DNA from: Eledone cirrhosa
Taxonomy: Eukaryota
DNA length: 64,000 nt
Assembly (NCBI GenBank): GCA_964016885.1
Contig: OZ024760.1
Coordinates: 26,226,001-26,290,000, forward strand
Direction: 5' to 3'
Position numbers and translations under genes: made by a program. Of the stretch, positions 27,487 to 43,499 are shown piece after piece (the stretch's first letter is position 1; each line of letters opens with the position of its first letter). The notes beneath the pieces are model-generated. The model was not told where the DNA came from. It searched no databases and saw only the letters and a program-made list of their open reading frames with translations.

Positions 27487-27626
27487 CAGTCACAGTATAG
27501 GTATGTATGTATTACATGTGTGTATATATAGCAGTCTGCACGTCTGTGTAATTATATCTATGGGAGCGTCTGTAAGTGCGTACGCGTCCGCGTTTCTTTA
27601 GCTGTGCCTGAGTGTGTGTGTGTGTG

Positions 27627-27664
<38 letters not shown>

Positions 27665-27686
27665 TGTATGTGTGTGTGTGTCAGTG

Positions 27687-27738
<52 letters not shown>

Positions 27739-27891
27739 AACCAGTAAGACCCCGACAGCTGAGCTCAAGCCGTCGAAACGGCTTGAGCTCAGCTGTCGGG
27801 GTCTTACTGGTTCCTATTACCCACTCTACTACCTCAAGTATTGAGTACTTTGGTGCGTTATGGTCCACCTGGTTCCTTACCACATTTCCTT

Positions 27892-27959
<68 letters not shown>

Positions 27960-28077
27960 ATATATATATATATACATTATATATGCATATATTTATATAT
28001 ATACATATGTATATAACAATATGACCCTCCCCATGTATATATATATGTGTGTGTGTATGTATGTATGTATATACATA

Positions 28078-28158
<81 letters not shown>

Positions 28159-28225
28159 TTATATATATATTATATATATATGCTTATATATATATATATG
28201 CTTATATATATATTATATATATATG

Positions 28226-28262
<37 letters not shown>

Positions 28263-28412
28263 GAAATGACAGGAGGCTGGATTTGTGTAAATCCCTGAAA
28301 GGTTTATTATACTATGATCATTTCAATGTCCGGGTACCGTATGAATCCGGTCATAGTATAATAAACCTTTCAAGGATTTACACAAATCCAGCCACCTGTC
28401 ATTTCATTATAA

Positions 28413-28450
<38 letters not shown>

Positions 28451-28653
28451 CATATATATATAATATTTAACTCCGTAATAGCACCACCAACTACAAAAAC
28501 AAAGACGGTTGCACTGCCTTACGTTGAGTACTCTCTATATTATTGCATTACGATTGACCATACGGAATAGACCAGCTCTATACAGTGGTGAACCTCAAAC
28601 CTGAATATATATATATATATATATATATAGTAATAATATTTTAATAAATATAT

Positions 28654-28717
<64 letters not shown>

Positions 28718-28738
28718 ATAATATTTTAATAAATATAT

Positions 28739-28781
<43 letters not shown>

Positions 28782-29158
28782 CGATATTAATAAAACCATA
28801 TTTATTTCATTATACATATTTCAGGGATACCAAATTAAATTATGGTATGCCTTCATCAGACAAAATACAATATATAACAGTTTTACAAATAAGCTTTGAC
28901 GTACCCTTTTAAAATCCAACCATTATTTTTGGAAGCCATCTGGATTGTAAAACTGTTATATATTGTATTTTGTCTGATGAAGGCATACCATAATTTAATT
29001 TGGTATCCCTGAAATATGTATAATGAAATAAATATGGTTTTATAAATATAGTTTCCATTTATTAATATCGTATATCTACTCCAAATTCATGTCGAGTGCT
29101 TTATATCAGTTATAAAAATATTTACTTGTTGTATCCCAACAATTTTAAATAGAACTTT

Positions 29159-29250
<92 letters not shown>

Positions 29251-29594
29251 CATATATATATATATATAGTAATAATATTTTAATAAATATACATATATAT
29301 GTGTGTGTATGTGTGTTTGTATATAGATTCTAGCTTTTGGTTTATTTCTGGTTTCTTCTCTATATATACATTTTTGTGTGTCTTTATATGTACGTGTGTA
29401 TATGTGTACGAATGCGTGTGTGTGTATATACGTGTGAGTGTTTACGTGTATATATATATATATATACGTGTGAGTATTTACTTGCATATATATATATATA
29501 TATGCCTGTATATGTCTTCCAGCGTGTTATTGTTTATGTTTGCAATCTAAGAACTGCTGCCTTTTACGGTTGGGTCACTTTAACCTATGTTTGT

Positions 29595-30391
<797 letters not shown>

Positions 30392-30867
30392 CGTATGTAT
30401 ATATGTAATCATGTTTTATATATACATGTATATTTGTGCATGCATACATATATATACAATAGATTTATATCTATTGTATTTAAATGCTTATTCATAGAGA
30501 CTTCTTATATAGACAGGGCTGTGTGTAATTAAGGTCATTGTGGTGATGCTCAAGGCAGACTACAGAGCCACATTCTCGTCCTTGTAGAACATTCTATTGT
30601 CAGACAGGACATTACGTCAGAACCTCTCTACGTAGGATACGAGATTCTTCTCGAACATTCTTCGTTTATTGAAATACACCAATTTCTCATTTAAACCCCG
30701 CCTTGGTTAACGAACATTCGCACTTGTAAATTATTTATTTACAAACGCTTATTATTATATGTTATGTATCCTTACGGGGTCGATAAAATAAAGTACCAGT
30801 AATACACTGGATTAATTGCTGGCCTTGTGCCAAAAAGTAGAAACAATTATTATATGTTATGTATATT

Positions 30868-30959
30868 TCTTCTTCTTCTTCTTCTTCTTCTTCTTCTTCT
30901 TCTTCTGCTTCTTTTTCTTCTTTTTTTGCTTCTTCTTTTGATTCTTCTTCTTTTGCTGC

Positions 30960-31000
<41 letters not shown>

Positions 31001-31491
31001 ATTGTTCTTCTTCTTCTTCTTCTTCTTCTTCTTTTGATTCTTCTTCTTCTTCTTCTTCTTCTTCTTCTTCTTCTTCTTCTTCTTCTTCTTCTACTACTAC
31101 TTCTTCTTCTTCTACTACTACTTCTTCTTCTTCTTCTTTTGCTTCTTCTTTTGCTTCTTCTTCTTCTTCTTCTTCTTTTTCTTCTTCTTCTTCTTCTTCT
31201 TCTTCTTCTTCTTCTTCTTCTTCTTCTTCTTCTTCTTCTTCTTCTTCTTCTTCTTTTGCTTCTTCTTTTGCTTCTTCTTCTTCTTCTTTTGCTTCTTCTT
31301 CCTCTTCTTCTTTTTTCTTCTTCTTTTTCTTCTTCTTCTTCTTCTTCTTCTTCTTCTTCTTCTTCTTCTTCTTCTTCTTCTTTTTCTTCTTCTTCTTCTT
31401 CTTCTTCTTCTTCTTCTTCTTCTTCTTCTTCTTCTTCTTCTTCTTCTTCTTCTTTTGCTGCTTCTTCTTCTTCTTCTTCTTCTTCTTCTTC

Positions 31492-31523
<32 letters not shown>

Positions 31524-31856
31524 CTTCTTCTTCTTCTTCTTCTTCTTCTTCTTCTTCTTCTTCTTCTTCTTCTTCTTCTTCTTTTGCTTCTTCGTTTTCT
31601 TCTTCTTCTTCTTCTTCTTCTTCTTCTTCTTCTTCTTCTTCTTCTTCTTCTTCTTCTTCTTCTTCTTCTTCTTCTTCTTCTTTTGCTTCTTCGTTTTCTT
31701 CTTCTTCTTCTTCTTCTTCTTCTTCTTCTTCTTCTTCTTCTTCTTCTTCTTCTTCTTCTCCAACTTATTCCTGAGAGTGTCGTGGGGGACAGAGCCCTCA
31801 ACCACTCCCCCCGGCGGGTCCTGTCACAAGCAACCCTCTCCAACTGACCCGGCTGT
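30868..31856 (-). mobile_element. About 100-bp RTE 3' end with a ~890-bp degenerate (GAA)n tail
   Basis: 31765-31856 aligns with 17815-17905 (TTCCTGAGAGTGTCGTGG...CTCCAACTGAYCCGGCTG). Confidence 0.7.
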
Positions 31857-31899
31857 TACGTATGTTAACCCCCCCCCCCCCAAAAAAAAAATTCCTCAC

Positions 31900-32925
31900 G
31901 GGGACTGAACATTATAGAACCAAATTCCTATTATCACTGCCCCCCTTCCGTCTCCCTCGCTCTCCCCCACCTCTCACTATTATGAACAAATGGGGACCTA
32001 CGCGTTGGCCACCCCAGGTCCCCGCGGACAGAATAGAGAAGGCGTTTCCCCAGTGGATGGTGAGGGAGACGCGTTTGAAGATCATTCCAGCTGGCGATAA
32101 GGCCCACACTGAAACAAGGCCCTTGCCTGCTGGTAGACAACACTGTGGCGATGGTGGTTAATAGGGAGGTGGTCTTAGGGCCAGGGACACTAGAAGTCCC
32201 CACTGCTACGGTGTGGCGATGGTGGTGGGTAGCGAGGTGGTCTTAGGGCCACGGACACTAGAAGTCCCCATTGCTACGGTGTGGCGATGGTGGTTAATAG
32301 GGAGGTGGTCTTAGGGTCACGGACACTAGAAGTCCCCACTGCTACGGTGTGGCGATGGTGGTTAATAGGGAGGTGGTCTTAGGGCCAGGGACACTAGAAG
32401 TCCCCACTGCTACCGTGTGGCGATGGTGGTTAATAGGGAGGTGGTCTTAGGGCCAGGGACACTAGAAGTCCCCACTGCTACGGTGTGGCGATGGTGGTGG
32501 GTAGCGAGGTGGTCTTAGGGCCAGGGACACTAGAAGTCCCCACTGCTACGGTGTGGCGATGGTGGTGAGTAGCGAGGTGGTCTTAGGGTCACGGACACTA
32601 GAAGTCCCCACTGCTACGGTGTGGCGATGGTGGTGAGTAGCGAGGTGGTCTTAGGGCCAGGGACACTAGAAGTCCCCACTGCTACGGTGTGGCGATGGTG
32701 GTGAGTAGCGAGGTGGTCTTAGGGCCAGGGACACTAGAAGTCCCCACTGCTACGGTGTGGCGATGGTGGTGAGTAGCGAGGTGGTCTTAGGGCCAGGGAC
32801 ACTAGAAGTCCCCACTGCTACGGGCTTGACATCAAACAGCGACTGATATTTGGAGAGTTGACCGTCCTTGGCCCGAAGTATAGCAGCGCCTGGATTAGTC
32901 GCAGGCAGAATCACCATCGTAAATT
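31900..32925 (-). mobile_element. CRE-clade non-LTR 3' fragment (restriction-like endonuclease end) with an internal 68-bp x10 tandem expansion
   Basis: Minus strand reads PGAAILRAKDGQLSKYQSLFDVKPVAVGTSSVPGPKTTSLL and FKRVSLTIHWGNAFSILS, matching the CRE-type pattern PGAAA..AE..K..KY..P.AVET.G..GP and FQRxSxxIQRGNA. Confidence 0.7.
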
Positions 32926-33475
32926 ATTTATCTACACATATTTATCATATGTTATGTGAATTGGCAGTATCGGTAGAGGGTTGGACGCCATGCTTTCTAG
33001 CATAGTTACGTCCCTTTATGGTTTGAGTTCAAATCCCGCTGAGGTTAACTTTGCCTTTCATCCTTACGGGGTCGATAAAATAAAGTACCAGTAATGTACT
33101 GGGTAATTGCTGGCCTTGTGCCTAAAGTAGAAACAGTTATGTATATTTAGAATTTATTTTATTAAAATCTTATCTTATATTTTTGTCCATCAATTCCATT
33201 TTTCTTTTTAAGTTACAGAATACGCTTTTTGCTTTGTCTGTAGAATTTGTAAAAACTTTGCGAAATTTTAATAACTTCGCCATCATTAACGGAGCATATT
33301 TAGGAAGCGAATTGGCAGAGGCGTTAGACCGTTGGATAGAAGACTGTGTGGTATCCATTATGTCTCTCTGCATTTTCTGAGTTCGAATCCCACCGAGAAC
33401 ATCTTTTCGAGGTCAATAAAGATAAGTTACCAGTACTGTGTTCTATTTTACTTTCTGTATCTCTTTTTCACTGCC

Positions 33476-33511
<36 letters not shown>

Positions 33512-33732
33512 AGAAAACAACGATTTTTTTTTCCAAAGAACGAGAGAGAGAGAGGAAATGAGAAACATGTGGACAGAGAAATGAAGAATAGCAAGCTCTA
33601 CCCTCGTGACTGTACGGTAATATCTCAGCTATATCTATTCCATAATACATGACGCAGTTGTAAGGACGCCGTACTGGAATACTGCGTTCCTTGGGACATT
33701 TTAAAACCTGACGAAGCAGGTTTATTCTACAC

Positions 33733-35093
33733 CAGTCATGGGCAACCTGCGGCCCACTGGCCACATACAACCCGCGAAGCCTTCTGAATGGCTCGCCCAA
33801 GTCACCTAAGTGAAAGTTTTCTGATTTTTTTACCCCACCTTTTAACCAGTCATGGCCAACCTACGTAATTTATCTTTCTATCATTTCTAATATTGAGGAA
33901 AACAACGAGTACGAATTCTGAAGAAACAAATCAAAACAACCCCTTTTTTTTAATGTGGGCATGAATATCTCATGTGGCCCGCCTGATGATGAGTCATATC
34001 TCATGTGGCCCGCCTGATGATGAGCCATATCTCATGCAGCCCGCCTGATAATGAGTCATATCTCATGTGGCCCGCCTGATGATGAGTCATATCTCTTGGG
34101 GCCCGCCTGATGATGAGTCATATCTCATGTGGCCCGCCTGATGATGAGCCATATATGATGCGGCCCGCCTGATGATGAGCCATATATCATGCGGCCCGCC
34201 TGATGATGAGCCATATCTCATGTGGCCCTCCTGATGATGAGCCATATCTCATGCGGCCCTCCTGATGATGAGCCATATATCATGCGGCCCGCCTGATGAT
34301 GAGCCATATCTCATGCGGCCCTCCTGATGATGAGCCATATCTCATGCGGCCCGCCTGATGATGAGCCATATATCATGCGGCCCGCCTGATGATGAGCCAT
34401 ATCTCATGTGGCCCTCCTGATGATGAGCCATATATGATGCGGCCCGCCTGATGATGAGCCATATCTCATGTGGCCCTCCTGATGATGAGCCATATCTCAT
34501 GCGGCCCTCCTGATGATGAGCCATATCTCATGCGGCCCTCCTGATGATGAGCCATATCTCATGCGGCCCTCCTGATGATGAGCCATATCTCATGCGGCCC
34601 TCCTGATGATGAGCCATATCTCATGCGGCCCTCCTGATGATGAGCCATATCTCATGCGGCCCTCCTGATGATGAGCCATATCTCATGCGGCCCTCCTGAT
34701 GATGAGCCATATCTCATGCAGCCCTCCTGATGATGACCCATATCTCATGCTGCCCTCCTGATGATGACCCATATCTCATGCTGCCCTCCTGATGATGAGC
34801 CATATCTCATGCTGCCCTCCTGATGATGAGTCATATCTCATGTGGCCCTCCTGATGATGAGCCATATCTCATGTGGCCCTCCTGATGATGAACCATATCT
34901 CATGTGGCCCTCCTGATGATGAGCCATATCTCATGTGGCCCGCCTGATGATGAGCCATATCTCATGCGGCCCGCCTGATGATGAGCCATATCTCATGCGG
35001 CCCTCCTGATGATGACTCATATATGATGCGGCCCTCCTGATGATGAGCCATATCTCATACGGCCCACTTCTCGAAAAATGTTGCCCATGCCTG
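33733..35093. mobile_element. Non-autonomous hAT (Charlie-like) element filled with a 31-bp x ~35 minisatellite
   Basis: TIRs CAGTCATGGGCAAC / GTTGCCCATGCCTG; decayed 8-bp flanks TTCTACAC / GTCTAGAT resembling NTCTAGAN; unit CATATCTCATGCGGCCCTCCTGATGATGAGC. Confidence 0.75.
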
Positions 35094-35122
35094 GTCTAGA
35101 TCATGATTAAGAGCGAGAGAAG

Positions 35123-35170
<48 letters not shown>

Positions 35171-35455
35171 GAATTGACCCCAGTACATGACTGGTACTTT
35201 TTTTTATCGAGCTTCAAAGGATGACGGGTGAAGTTGGCCTCGGTGGGATTTGAAATCAGAGAGCAGAGAACCGGAGCAATGACTGTAAAGTATTCTATTC
35301 AAACTTCTAACGAATCTGCCGCCTACTTGTGACGTAATTAAGTCTTAGAAATATAAATATAAATAAATAACCTGAGGGCCCTGACCCCAACCCCCTTCTT
35401 TTTCTTTGGTGGGTGCTGGAAGCACGTGATTACTTCATTTTAATCCGGCCCTGAG

Positions 35456-35501
<46 letters not shown>

Positions 35502-35655
35502 TTATATGTATATATATACATGTATTTATATGTGTATATATATATGTGTGTATATATATATATAAATATACGATATATATATATAAATATATATATATAT
35601 ATCTATATATATATATATATACATATATATATGCGCGTGTATGTGTGTATGTGTA

Positions 35656-35706
<51 letters not shown>

Positions 35707-35718
35707 CATATATATATA

Positions 35719-35797
<79 letters not shown>

Positions 35798-35830
35798 ATA
35801 TATATATATATATATATATACTTATATATA

Positions 35831-35932
<102 letters not shown>

Positions 35933-35987
35933 CTTATATATATATATTATATATATATATTGTATATATATATATATATATATACAT

Positions 35988-36101
<114 letters not shown>

Positions 36102-36104
36102 GTG

Positions 36105-36189
<85 letters not shown>

Positions 36190-36235
36190 CTTATATATAT
36201 ATATATATATTATATTTGTATATATATATATACAT

Positions 36236-36308
<73 letters not shown>

Positions 36309-36311
36309 GTG

Positions 36312-36368
<57 letters not shown>

Positions 36369-36377
36369 ATGTATATA

Positions 36378-36410
<33 letters not shown>

Positions 36411-36412
36411 GT

Positions 36413-36479
<67 letters not shown>

Positions 36480-37098
36480 ATGTGTTGAACAAACGCGAGA
36501 AACAACACTCAATACATTGTAAAGTGATATATTTATAATTTAATACATATGTATGTATGTGTATGTATGTGTATGTATGTGTGATGTGTGCATGTGTGTA
36601 AGTGTATGAGTGTGTGTGTGATGTGTGCGTGTGTGTGTGTGTGTGTTGACATGCTTTCACGAAAGTTCTTTGTGTTTTGTTTGTGTGTGTGTGTGTGTGA
36701 TGTATGTATGTGTGTGTAGGTGTGTGTAGGTGTGTGTATGTGTGTGTATGTGTGTGTATGTGTAGGTATGTTTTGTGCGCCTGTGTGTATGTATATGCAC
36801 GTGTTTATGCATGTCTGTGTGGGCTTGACAGCTTAAAACGTATTGGGTGAATGTTAGTGGGTGAATGTTAGTGTGTGTGTTACTGTGTGGATGTTAGTGT
36901 GTGTGTTAGTGTGTGGATGTTAGTGTATGTGTTAGTGTGTGTGTTAGTGTGTGAATGTTAGTGTATGTGTTAGTGTGTGTGTTAGTGTGTGAATGTTAGT
37001 GTATGTGTTAGCGTGTGTGTTAGTGTGTGAATGTTAGTGTATGTGTTAGTGTGTGTGTTAGTGTGTGAATGTTAGTGTGTGTGTTAGTGTGTGAATGT

Positions 37099-37129
<31 letters not shown>

Positions 37130-37149
37130 AAGAAGAAGAAGAAGAAGGA

Positions 37150-37184
<35 letters not shown>

Positions 37185-37494
37185 AGAAGAAAAGGAAGAA
37201 GAACAAAGTGAATGAGCGAGAGAGAGGAGGGGTGAGACAATGAGAGTTTGAGAGATTAGATAGACAGACAGACAGATAGACAGACATATAGATAGATAGG
37301 GGGAAAGAGAGAGAAAGAAAGAGAGAGAGAGCCAGAGAGAGAGAGAGAGAGAGAGGTGTAGAGAGAGGTAGAGATAGAGAGAGAAAGAGAAGGAAGAGAT
37401 ATGAAGACCGGTGATGTCGCTGATGTTTGAAATGACAAACCTTCCAGTCTGTGGTTGGTCATAAACGAGAACAGTTACTGACTGTATTTGGCAC

Positions 37495-38465
37495 TACCCC
37501 AACACCACCATCACCAACAGCACCACCGCCACCGCCACCACCACCACCACCACCAGCACCACCACCACCAACACCACCACCACCACCGCCACCACCAGAA
37601 CAGTACACCCCACCATCACCTCCACCAACACCACCACCACCACCACAACAACAACAATAACACTACCACCACCACCACCACCAGCACCACCACCACCAGA
37701 ACAGTACACCACACCATCACTCCACCAACATCACCACACCACCAACACCACCACCACCACCGCCACCACCAGAACAGTACACCCCACCATCACCTCCACC
37801 AACACCACCACCACCACCAACAACAACAACAATAACACTACCACCACCACCACCAGCACCACCACCACCAGAACAGTACACCACACCATCACCTCCACCA
37901 ACATCACCACCACCAACACCACCACCACCACCACCGCCACCACCAGAACAGTACACCACGCCATCACCTCCACCAACACCAGCACCACCACCACCACCGC
38001 CACCACCAGAACAGTACACCACACCATCACCAACACCAGCACCACCAACACCACCAAAACCACCACCAGAACAGTGCACCACACCATCACCTCCACCAAC
38101 ACCACCACCACCAAAGCCACCACCAGAACAGTACACCACACCATTATCACCACTACCACCACCAGAACAGTACACAACACCACACCCCATAGCACCACCA
38201 TCACCAGAACCATCAACACCATCACCAACAACACCACCAACACCAGCACAACTACCACCACCAACACCACCACCACTACCACCACTACCACCACCGCAAC
38301 TACCACCACCAGTACAGTACATCACACAACACCACACCACACCACACCCTATAGCACCACCACCACCACCACCACCAACAACACCACCAACACCATCGCC
38401 AATACTACCACCACCAACGTCACCACCAGAACAGTACACCACACCACACCACACCACACTCTATA
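37495..38465. repeat. Compound (CCA)n repeat punctuated by AGAACAGTACAC
   Basis: The motif recurs about a dozen times at irregular spacing within (CCA/CAA)n. Confidence 0.8.
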
Positions 38466-38784
38466 GCACATGCTATGACTTCTCGAAAACATTTGCCAAT
38501 GAGGTCACAGCAATCTTATCACCGTCACCAGTATAACAACAACAACAACAACAACACCAACAACAACATCAACAGAAATATGAAACAAATAAATCAATAA
38601 ACAAACTCTTGTGTAGCCCTGAAGAAACCAATACCATCCGCACCCCTTCTTTTTATGAAACCTGAACAGCAGATTACTAAAACTTTCAAGGTCTCTTGAA
38701 ATGATAGGAACCTTCAGCACTAAACATCTTTCAATGTTGCCTTATGAAGTCTGGTCTTGCTTTTCTGAGCCACAGAATATTCTG

Positions 38785-38930
38785 TTCCCTAAGAGCTGGA
38801 ATGGCTCTACCAGCGCCTCTCCCTTACCATCCTCCGGGGAAACGCCTTCTCTATTCTGTCCGCCAGGGGCCACACGGTGGCCAGCGCATGGACCTCCATT
38901 TGCTTATAATAGTTAGAAATGGGGACCTGG
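38785..38930 (-). mobile_element. CRE-clade 3' end fragment
   Basis: Homologous to 31975-32095 and 43805-43935 (..QRLSLTILRGNAFSILS). In this copy that peptide reads on the plus strand, so the copy is inverted relative to the other two. Confidence 0.55.
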
Positions 38931-38990
38931 AGCATATATATTTGTTTCACGGACACACTCATGTGTGTACCTGTTTACAGTTGCTGATTA

Positions 38991-39157
38991 CCGTATTTCC
39001 CGGCGTCGAAGACGCTACTTTTTCCTTAAAATAAGTCTCAAAAATCTACCATGCGTCCTGGAGGCCGAAGGTTGTTTATTATTTTTTTTCAAATTTTTGG
39101 TTGTCAAAATTAGGGTGCGTCTCGAGGACGAAGCGACTTCGGCGCCGAGAAATACGG
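38991..39157. mobile_element. 167-bp Tc1/mariner-type (Tc2-like) MITE
   Basis: TIRs CCGTATTTCCCGGCGTCGAAGACGCT / AGCGACTTCGGCGCCGAGAAATACGG, flanked by TA on both sides. Confidence 0.8.
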
Positions 39158-39909
39158 TATTTTGTACTGGCGTTTTCCATCCACCAGCAATACGACAACC
39201 AACAACACAGCGACAACTAATACCAACACCACCAGGAACACAACCACCACCACTGACAAACACACATTCTTAACATATCTGACACTGATCTTCCTTTTTT
39301 GAGCCACAAAATATTTAATTGTTTATTCTCCAAAACCTCTCCTGATGAATACACTGAACATGTCATACACAGCCTCACAATGACAGATATTCCTTTCCTG
39401 AGCCATAAAATACTTGAATCCCTGAGCAACGTGAAATAAAATGTCTTGCTCAAGGACATAACGCATCGCCCAGTTCGATTCCTGGACCGGGGTGATGCGT
39501 TATGTCCTTGAGCAAGACACTTTATTTCACGTTGCTCCTTCTACCTGGAGTTGCGACCGATAGATAGTATTAGCAGCTGAAAGACAGACGAAAACATTGT
39601 TTCCTCGGTCCGATTTGACGAAAGACGGTCGTTGCTTTTTAATGAACAAACACACACAACATACCAGACACTGATCATCCTTTTCTGAGCCAGTAAATAC
39701 TTGATTCGCTGAGATAAGATCTATCTTAGTAAACACAGCATAATTGATACTGCTTCATAACGAATGATCTTCCTTTTTGAGCCACTAAATACTTGATTCT
39801 GCGAAGATCTGCTGAGACTCACAAAGGAATACTTCTTTCACATCTGGAGCAACTCTGTTGCTTCTACATCTGGTGATGGTGGTGATGGTAGGGGATGTCA
39901 TTGTTGTTG

Positions 39910-39941
<32 letters not shown>

Positions 39942-41190
39942 GGTGGTGGTGGTGTTGGTAGTGGTGGTGGTGGTGTTGGTGGTGTTGGTGGTGGTGGTGG
40001 TGTTGGTGTTGGTGGTGTTGGTGGTGGTGATGCAGGTGGTGTTGGTGATGATGGTGGTGTTGGTAGTGCTGGTGTTGGTGTCAGCGACAGATTAATCTGA
40101 TGCAGCTCACCAACACAGCTTGTGACTCACAGCTTGCTGTCTCTTTTCTCTCTCTCTCCCTCTCTTTCACTCTCTCTCCCTCTCTTTCACTCTCTCTCTC
40201 TCCCTCTCTTTCACTCTCTCTCCCTCTCTTTCACCCTCTCTCCTTCTCTTGCACTCTCTCTTTCTTTCACTCTCGCTCCCTGTTTCTCACTCACTCTCTC
40301 CCTCCTTGTTTCTCTCTCTCAGTCACCGAACATTCGAGATCTATGTCACGTGTCCTCCTACCCTCCACCCTCATCTGTCACTGTAAGTCCTTCCTGTTTA
40401 CTAATGCCGGTTTGTAATTGGTTAAAATTGGTAGACACCCAACACGTCCGAATACTCGTCTACCCACACCACCACCCACCCTCCGCCACCACCAACATCA
40501 CCACCACAACCAGCGCCGCCGCCGCCACCACCAGAAACGACGCCGCCGCCGCCACCATCTCACCAACACCGAATCCAACACCTCCAGCGTCGCCACCAAC
40601 ATTGATGCCACCACCACCAACACCACCGCCGCCGCCGCCACCCCCAACACCACCACCACCACCACAAACGAACACCATCACCACCACCACCACCACCACC
40701 ACCACCACCAAATCCAACACCACCATCTCCGCCATCAACCACTGCCAACACCATCAACTCCACCATCACCACCACCACCACCACCTCCACCACCAACACC
40801 AAATCCAACACCACCATCTCTGCCATCAACCACTGCCAACAACATCAACTCCACCACCACCACCACCACCACCACCACCACCACCACCACCACCACCACC
40901 ACCACCACCACCACCACCACCACCACCACCCCCACCTCCACCACCAACACCAAATCCAACACCACCATCTCCGCCATCAACCACTGCCAACACCATCAAC
41001 TCCACCACCGCCACCAACACCACAACCACCGCCACCGACTCCACTGCCGTGAGATCATCAGGCAGCTTCTTATATAATAAGGTTACGTTCCCGAGGCAAT
41101 CCAAACAGAAATGACACTGCAACGGAGAAGGCGTGTGTTCTCGAATCGCCTACCCGTTCCCCCTGGGAACATAACCTTATTATATAAGAA

Positions 41191-41265
41191 GCTGTCTGAT
41201 GATGTCACGGCACTGGGTACACAGAATCGTGTGGCTACTGTCGTCATTGAAATATGTATCACAGC
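41191..41265 (+). ncRNA. Type I hammerhead in fold-back element 41046-41456 (family K)
   Basis: gctgt-CTGATGA-tg...cat(t)-GAAAT-atgt-ATC-acagc; inverted arm at 41046-41095; GAGTGC at about 41420; ends in (TA)n. Confidence 0.7.
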
Positions 41266-41479
41266 ATTACCAATAAAGGACTACACAGAATCGTTGTGGC
41301 TACTGTCGTCATTGAAATATGTATCACAGCATTACCAATAAACGGCTTTAACATCTGAACTACTTCACATTTTCTCATTCTATATATACTCCGTTTTTCC
41401 TATGTGGAATAAATGCGTCGAGTGCTTGATTTGAATTGCATCAATATTTACCGTAATATATATATATATATATGCATAC

Positions 41480-41561
<82 letters not shown>

Positions 41562-41887
41562 ATATATATATATATATAACGAAGGAAATATGGTAAGGAA
41601 CCAGGTGGACCATAACGCACCAAAGTACTCAATACTTAGGGGTAGTAGAGTGGGTAATAGTAACGGCTAATTCTGGACTAAATTTAGTCCAGAATTAGCC
41701 GTCGAAACGGCTTGAGCTCAGCCGTCGGGGTCCTACTCGTTCCTATATATATATATATATATATATATGTAGGAGGTGAGTTTTATTGTAGCAAAATAAA
41801 GCAATGCAAATATCGGATAAGTAGCACTCTACAGTTTGTAAACTTCACTATTCACAAGTGTTTTTTAAGCTTCATATCATGTATCCC

Positions 41888-41958
41888 TATTTTATCTGAT
41901 GAAAACGCAGATATCATCCCATGATGATATTTGTTTTTGAAATGCGTATAATAAAATA
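41888..41958 (+). ncRNA. Type I hammerhead with long helix II
   Basis: tattttat-CTGATGA-aaacgcagatatcatc..gatgatatttgttttt-GAAA-tgcgta-TA-ataaaata; 8-bp helix I. Confidence 0.8.
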
Positions 41959-41987
41959 TTTGGAACTCTTTTAACCATCTTTTGATC

Positions 41988-42115
<128 letters not shown>

Positions 42116-42188
42116 GTCGGAGTCCAGAATTTTTTCTTATATATACATATATACACATATATATATATATATATACATATACATACAA

Positions 42189-42233
<45 letters not shown>

Positions 42234-42270
42234 TATGCATATATTTATGTGTATATATATATATATATAT

Positions 42271-42309
<39 letters not shown>

Positions 42310-42313
42310 CATA

Positions 42314-42357
<44 letters not shown>

Positions 42358-42932
42358 TAGACTATATATATATATAGTATATAGAATAGTATTATTTCAG
42401 TATGGAAGTGGAAAGAAGAGATTTTGCAGCAATGAGAATCTCTGTACGTTGCTGGTGTCAGAGATGGTGGACGGGGGGGAGGGGGGGGGGGGGGTAATGG
42501 AGGTCTTTGAAATGGTATGGAAAGTCGTTTGACATTCCATAATGACGAGAGAGGGACGGGGGAGAGGGAAGGGGTGGGAGGGGTTGAAGGGGTAGAGTGG
42601 GAGAGGGATGATGGTGATAGGGAGAGGAGGAGGGTGCTGAGGCGAGGGAGCGGGTAATGGGGGGGAGGTAGAGAGAGAGAGATTGAGATAGAGATTGAGT
42701 GGGTGTGAGGGAGAGAGGCGGATATAGTGAGGGAGAGGGAGAGATAGAGAGAGAGAGAGAGTTAGAGAGAAACAGATACTGAGAGAGAGGGAGAGATAGA
42801 GAGAGAGAGAGAGTTAGAGAGAAACAGATACTGAGAGAGAGGGAGAGATAGAGAGAGAGAGAGAGTTAGAGAGAAACAGATACTGAGAGAGAGAGAGAGA
42901 TGGTGAGAGGAATAATGAGGGAGAGAGAGACA

Positions 42933-42980
<48 letters not shown>

Positions 42981-43499
42981 TAGTGAGAGAGAGAGAGGTG
43001 GTGAGAGAGAAAGATAGTGAGAGAGAAAAAGAGAGAGAGAGAGTAAGAGAGAGCGAGACAGGGAGGGAGATAAGAGAGAAAGAGAGAAAGAGATTGAGAG
43101 AAAGAGAGAAAGAGAGATAGAGAAAAAGAGGAGAGATAGGGAGGGAGATAAAGAGAGAAAGAGAGAAAGAGAGAGATAGAGAGACAGAGAGAGAGAGAGA
43201 AATGGTGAGGGGTGGGGGAGAGAAGATGAGAAAGAGTTCAAAGAGAAATTGCAAGGAAGACAAAGAAACCTGAAACGTTTTGTGTCAGTTTTGTCACTTG
43301 TTTTAAGGTAGAAAATAAAGTGCTTTAGTTATTATGTGACAGGCTCGTCACCAATGATGGGCTGGGAGAAGGGAGAGGCACTAGGTGACACCCCCCACCC
43401 CACTACGCCACCCTCCAACCTTTTTTGTTGCAATAGTCACTTTAGTATGGAAATAAATAATTTTCTGTATAGATAATAGACACAACCACAAGGACATGG

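Noticed and set aside
33965-35065. Dozens of CTGATGA motifs as a ribozyme array
   Set aside because: There is no GAAA/UH half or helix pattern; the motif is part of a 31-bp unit inside a hAT-like element.
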